NCBI GenBank assembly: GCA_002070415.1
Contig: MWDF01000003.1
Location: forward strand, 25,960 to 57,959
DNA: 32,000 nt
Direction of reading: 5' to 3'
Source: Firmicutes bacterium ADurb.Bin153
Lineage (GTDB): Bacteria; Bacillota; DTU025; MWDF01
The translations under genes and the position numbers were made by a program. Of this stretch, positions 30,053-32,000 are shown piece by piece. The notes under the pieces are model-generated. The model made no database searches. It was not told the origin of the DNA and saw nothing but the letters and a program-made list of their open reading frames with translations. Numbering within the stretch: position 1 is the stretch's first letter; each line of letters opens with the position of its first letter.

Positions 30053-31531
30053 TTATGGCGTCTGGATCACCAGCACGCCCAGGTCGTAGGATTCTCCGCC
30101 TACCGTAAGGTCCACGTCATAATACGTATCGACGTAGGCCGGCGACTTGGAGAGCGTCACGGTGTAGTAGCCCGCTATCATGCTGGGTATCGTGAACTTG
30201 CCCTCCTCGTTGGTATACGTGATCCTGGTATAGCCCCAGTCGAACATGGGCTCGAATATCACCATGCAGCTCACTACCGGGGTATCGGTAGGATCGAACA
30301 CCTTGCCGCTCACCGATATGGGTTCCGTGGTCGCGCCCGGTACGAGTATTACCGTATCCATGGTATACGTCGCGGCGAGCGTCGCGTCGAGGTTCATCTC
30401 CTGTTTGATGAATCCGGTCTTCTCCATGGTCACCGTATACGTGCCCAGGGGAAGGTCCGCGACCGACCAGTATCCCGCCACGTCGGTGTACGATATCGCT
30501 ATCGGCAGCGTATCACCTTCTGGTATGAAGCTCACCTTCACGTCCGTGAGGCCCACCATGTCAGTCAGAGGATCGCCGTCGTTGTCCCAGATGACCTGCC
30601 CTTCGGCGTTCGCTGCCCCTGGTGCCACCGCGCCGGGAAGCAGGATGTCCGCGGTGATGCGGGTCGTTATCCTGGAATCCATCGCGTCGAGGTCCACGGT
30701 CTCTGTCACATACCCTGCCTTCTCCGCCTTGACCTTGTACCATCCGGCCTTCACGTCGTCCTTGGACCAGAATCCGAGGGCATCCGTGGTTGCATGAAGC
30801 ACGGCGTAGGCCCCGTATACCGGCGTCAGCGTTATAGTCGCGCCGGGTATCGCGGTCACCCCGTCGTCCTCGTACACGTAGCCGCCCACATCTACCTTGT
30901 CCTGGACGAGCACCAGAGGCGGCACCGGCACTTCGGTTCCGGCCACCGCAACGTCCATGTAGGAGGCCGACGCGTAGCCGTCCTTCTCGCCGTAGACGTC
31001 ATAGGTCCCAGGCAACAGGCCCAGCATCTTGTACGAGCCGGTCGCGTCGGTGTACGCCGTCCTCACCGTGGGCCCGTCCAGCGTTACCAGCGCTCCCATC
31101 AGCGGCAGCATCGCGGTCGCGGGGTTGCCGTCATGGTCCCACACGACGGTGCCGGAGACCTTGGACCCCTCCCCTTCGGAAGGTGTGTACGGCAACGTCT
31201 GCAGAGGCACTATATAGGTCTTGTAGGGCATGAGCACATCGTAGGTGATCGTAACCGGCGTGTCTGCAAGAGGATGCTCGAACTTGATCGTATACGCCTC
31301 CGGCCTTATCGCCCTTCCTGTAGTCCAAGCACCGGTCGCGTCTGCATATCCCATCCATGAAGTACCCGCGGCAGAAGCCGGCGTGAGGGTCACCTTCGCG
31401 TTCGAAGCAGGCGCCCCGCCCTCTAATTGGATAGTCCCTTGAAGCGTCGCAGCCGGCAGGATATTAATAGTGCATCCGGTAAGGCCTATCGCAAGCAACA
31501 GAACCGTCGCAATAAGCAATACTTTCCTCAT
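30053..31531 (-). CDS. Secreted lipoprotein composed of five tandem carboxypeptidase-regulatory-like (CarboxypepD_reg / transthyretin-like beta-sandwich) domains
   Basis: Start set at ATG 31531 (MRKVLLIATVLLLAIGLTGC lipobox). It has five units of about 90 aa with the recurring pattern [VL]xGx[VI]...A.V.L.......TDA.G.[YW].....PG.Y.V...K.G[YF]. An example unit is VSGTVVWDHDGNP...TDATGSYKMLGLLPGTYDVYGEKDGY. Confidence 0.75.
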   Translation of the reverse strand: MRKVLLIATVLLLAIGLTGCTINILPAATLQGTIQLEGGAPASNAKVTLTPASAAGTSWMGYADATGAWTTGRAIRPEAYTIKFEHPLADTPVTITYDVLMPYKTYIVPLQTLPYTPSEGEGSKVSGTVVWDHDGNPATAMLPLMGALVTLDGPTVRTAYTDATGSYKMLGLLPGTYDVYGEKDGYASASYMDVAVAGTEVPVPPLVLVQDKVDVGGYVYEDDGVTAIPGATITLTPVYGAYAVLHATTDALGFWSKDDVKAGWYKVKAEKAGYVTETVDLDAMDSRITTRITADILLPGAVAPGAANAEGQVIWDNDGDPLTDMVGLTDVKVSFIPEGDTLPIAISYTDVAGYWSVADLPLGTYTVTMEKTGFIKQEMNLDATLAATYTMDTVILVPGATTEPISVSGKVFDPTDTPVVSCMVIFEPMFDWGYTRITYTNEEGKFTIPSMIAGYYTVTLSKSPAYVDTYYDVDLTVGGESYDLGVLVIQTP

Positions 31532-31583
31532 ATGATCCGCCTGCCTTCCATTCCTATTTGGCTTTGTATCATTAAAAAGTTCT

Positions 31584-31607
31584 ATGCAGGGGGCCGTTTT
31601 CCTGCAT
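31584..31607 (-). terminator. Terminator-like hairpin after the tryptophanase-family gene
   Basis: The minus strand reads ATGCAGG-aaaacggccc-CCTGCAT followed by AGAACTTTTTAAT, 25 nt after the stop at 31632. Confidence 0.45.
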
Positions 31608-31631
31608 TTGGCGCCCCATCGCTGGAAATAT

Positions 31632-32000
31632 CTACCCAACCGGTTCGAACCTGGCCGTAAAGTGCCTCAGCACCTCGGTCTGCCATACTATCCGATACCC
31701 TCCTATGCCGGCCTTCCTGGCCGATATCTCCTCGAAGGCCCTCGCGACGACCATCATGTGCCTGTCGGTATACGTGCGCCTGGGTATGGCGAGTCGAAGC
31801 AGCTCCAGCTTGTGCGGCACTTCAGCCCCGGTGGCGGGGTCTTTGTGCCCGAACGCGCACGAACCCAGCTCCACTCCCCTTACGCCCGCTTCGACGTAGA
31901 GTTCCACCCCAAGGGCCTGCGCCGGGAATTCCAGCTGCGGTATGCTGGGCAGGTACTCCTTCGCGTCGATGAACACGCCGTGCCCTCCCGCGGGGGTGAT
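31632..32000 (-). CDS. Tryptophanase / tyrosine phenol-lyase family (beta-eliminating lyase), 3' part only
   Basis: The frame is open to the window end: ...ITPAGGHGVFIDAKEYLPSIPQLEFPAQALGVELYVEAGVRGVELGS...LELLRLAIPRRTYTDRHMMVVARAF...VLRHFTARFEPV. The PRRxYT and LRHFTAR motifs are typical of TnaA/TPL C-termini. Confidence 0.85.
   Translation of the reverse strand: MTPAGGHGVFIDAKEYLPSIPQLEFPAQALGVELYVEAGVRGVELGSCAFGHKDPATGAEVPHKLELLRLAIPRRTYTDRHMMVVARAFEEISARKAGIGGYRIVWQTEVLRHFTARFEPVG

Noticed and set aside
1-32000. CRISPR arrays, IS elements, toxin-antitoxin pairs, restriction-modification genes or other recognisable defence systems.
   Set aside because: Reading both strands, I saw no regularly spaced direct repeats, no terminal inverted repeats flanking a transposase-like ORF, and no nuclease, methylase or Cas-like motifs. 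Every gap longer than 100 nt is accounted for by promoters, terminators, the riboswitch or the tRNA.

Overview
GC-rich bacterial chromosomal window, probably from an anaerobe. All family calls come from motif recognition by eye; no searches were run. I count 32 protein genes, 30 of them on the minus strand and tightly packed, plus one tRNA and one riboswitch. In minus-strand reading order, from high to low coordinates: (1) the 3' end of a tryptophanase-family gene; (2) a lipoprotein built from five carboxypeptidase-regulatory-like repeats; (3) a tungsten-type aldehyde:ferredoxin oxidoreductase module (polyferredoxin, AOR, MoaD/ThiS-like -GG protein); (4) a Ski2-like helicase; (5) a CYTH-like protein with a Ppx/GppA phosphatase; (6) a TctCBA tripartite tricarboxylate transporter; (7) a YtxH/DUF948 membrane-protein pair; (8) tRNA-Sec; (9) two plus-strand genes (SGNH hydrolase, jelly-roll-like lipoprotein); (10) DUF1836-selD-selA-selB; (11) a cobalamin riboswitch controlling btuFCD-like import genes; (12) cobO, htrA, thyX, an MFS transporter and the c-di-AMP receptor DarA/PstA; (13) an operon with a small 2Fe-2S protein, a PAS-containing sensory [FeFe]-hydrogenase-like protein (HydS type), a SpoIIE/PP2C phosphatase and NuoE/NuoF-like subunits of a HydABC-type hydrogenase. 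The NuoF-like gene runs off the window start. Three features are missed or truncated by the ORF track. selD contains an in-frame UGA at the catalytic Cys position, so it is a selenoprotein. The tRNA-Sec gene lies at 19152..19246. A 78-aa MoaD-like gene is hidden inside a longer spurious ORF. The best candidates for poorly understood biology are the HydS-PP2C signalling module, which has no visible kinase or output partner, and the DarA-MFS-thyX linkage. Other candidates are the Lys/Ala-tailed DUF1836 gene heading the sel operon and Cys-rich insertions in ThyX and CobO. I found no CRISPR array, transposase, integrase or recognisable defence system. Most long plus-strand ORFs in the track are antisense artefacts of the high GC content.
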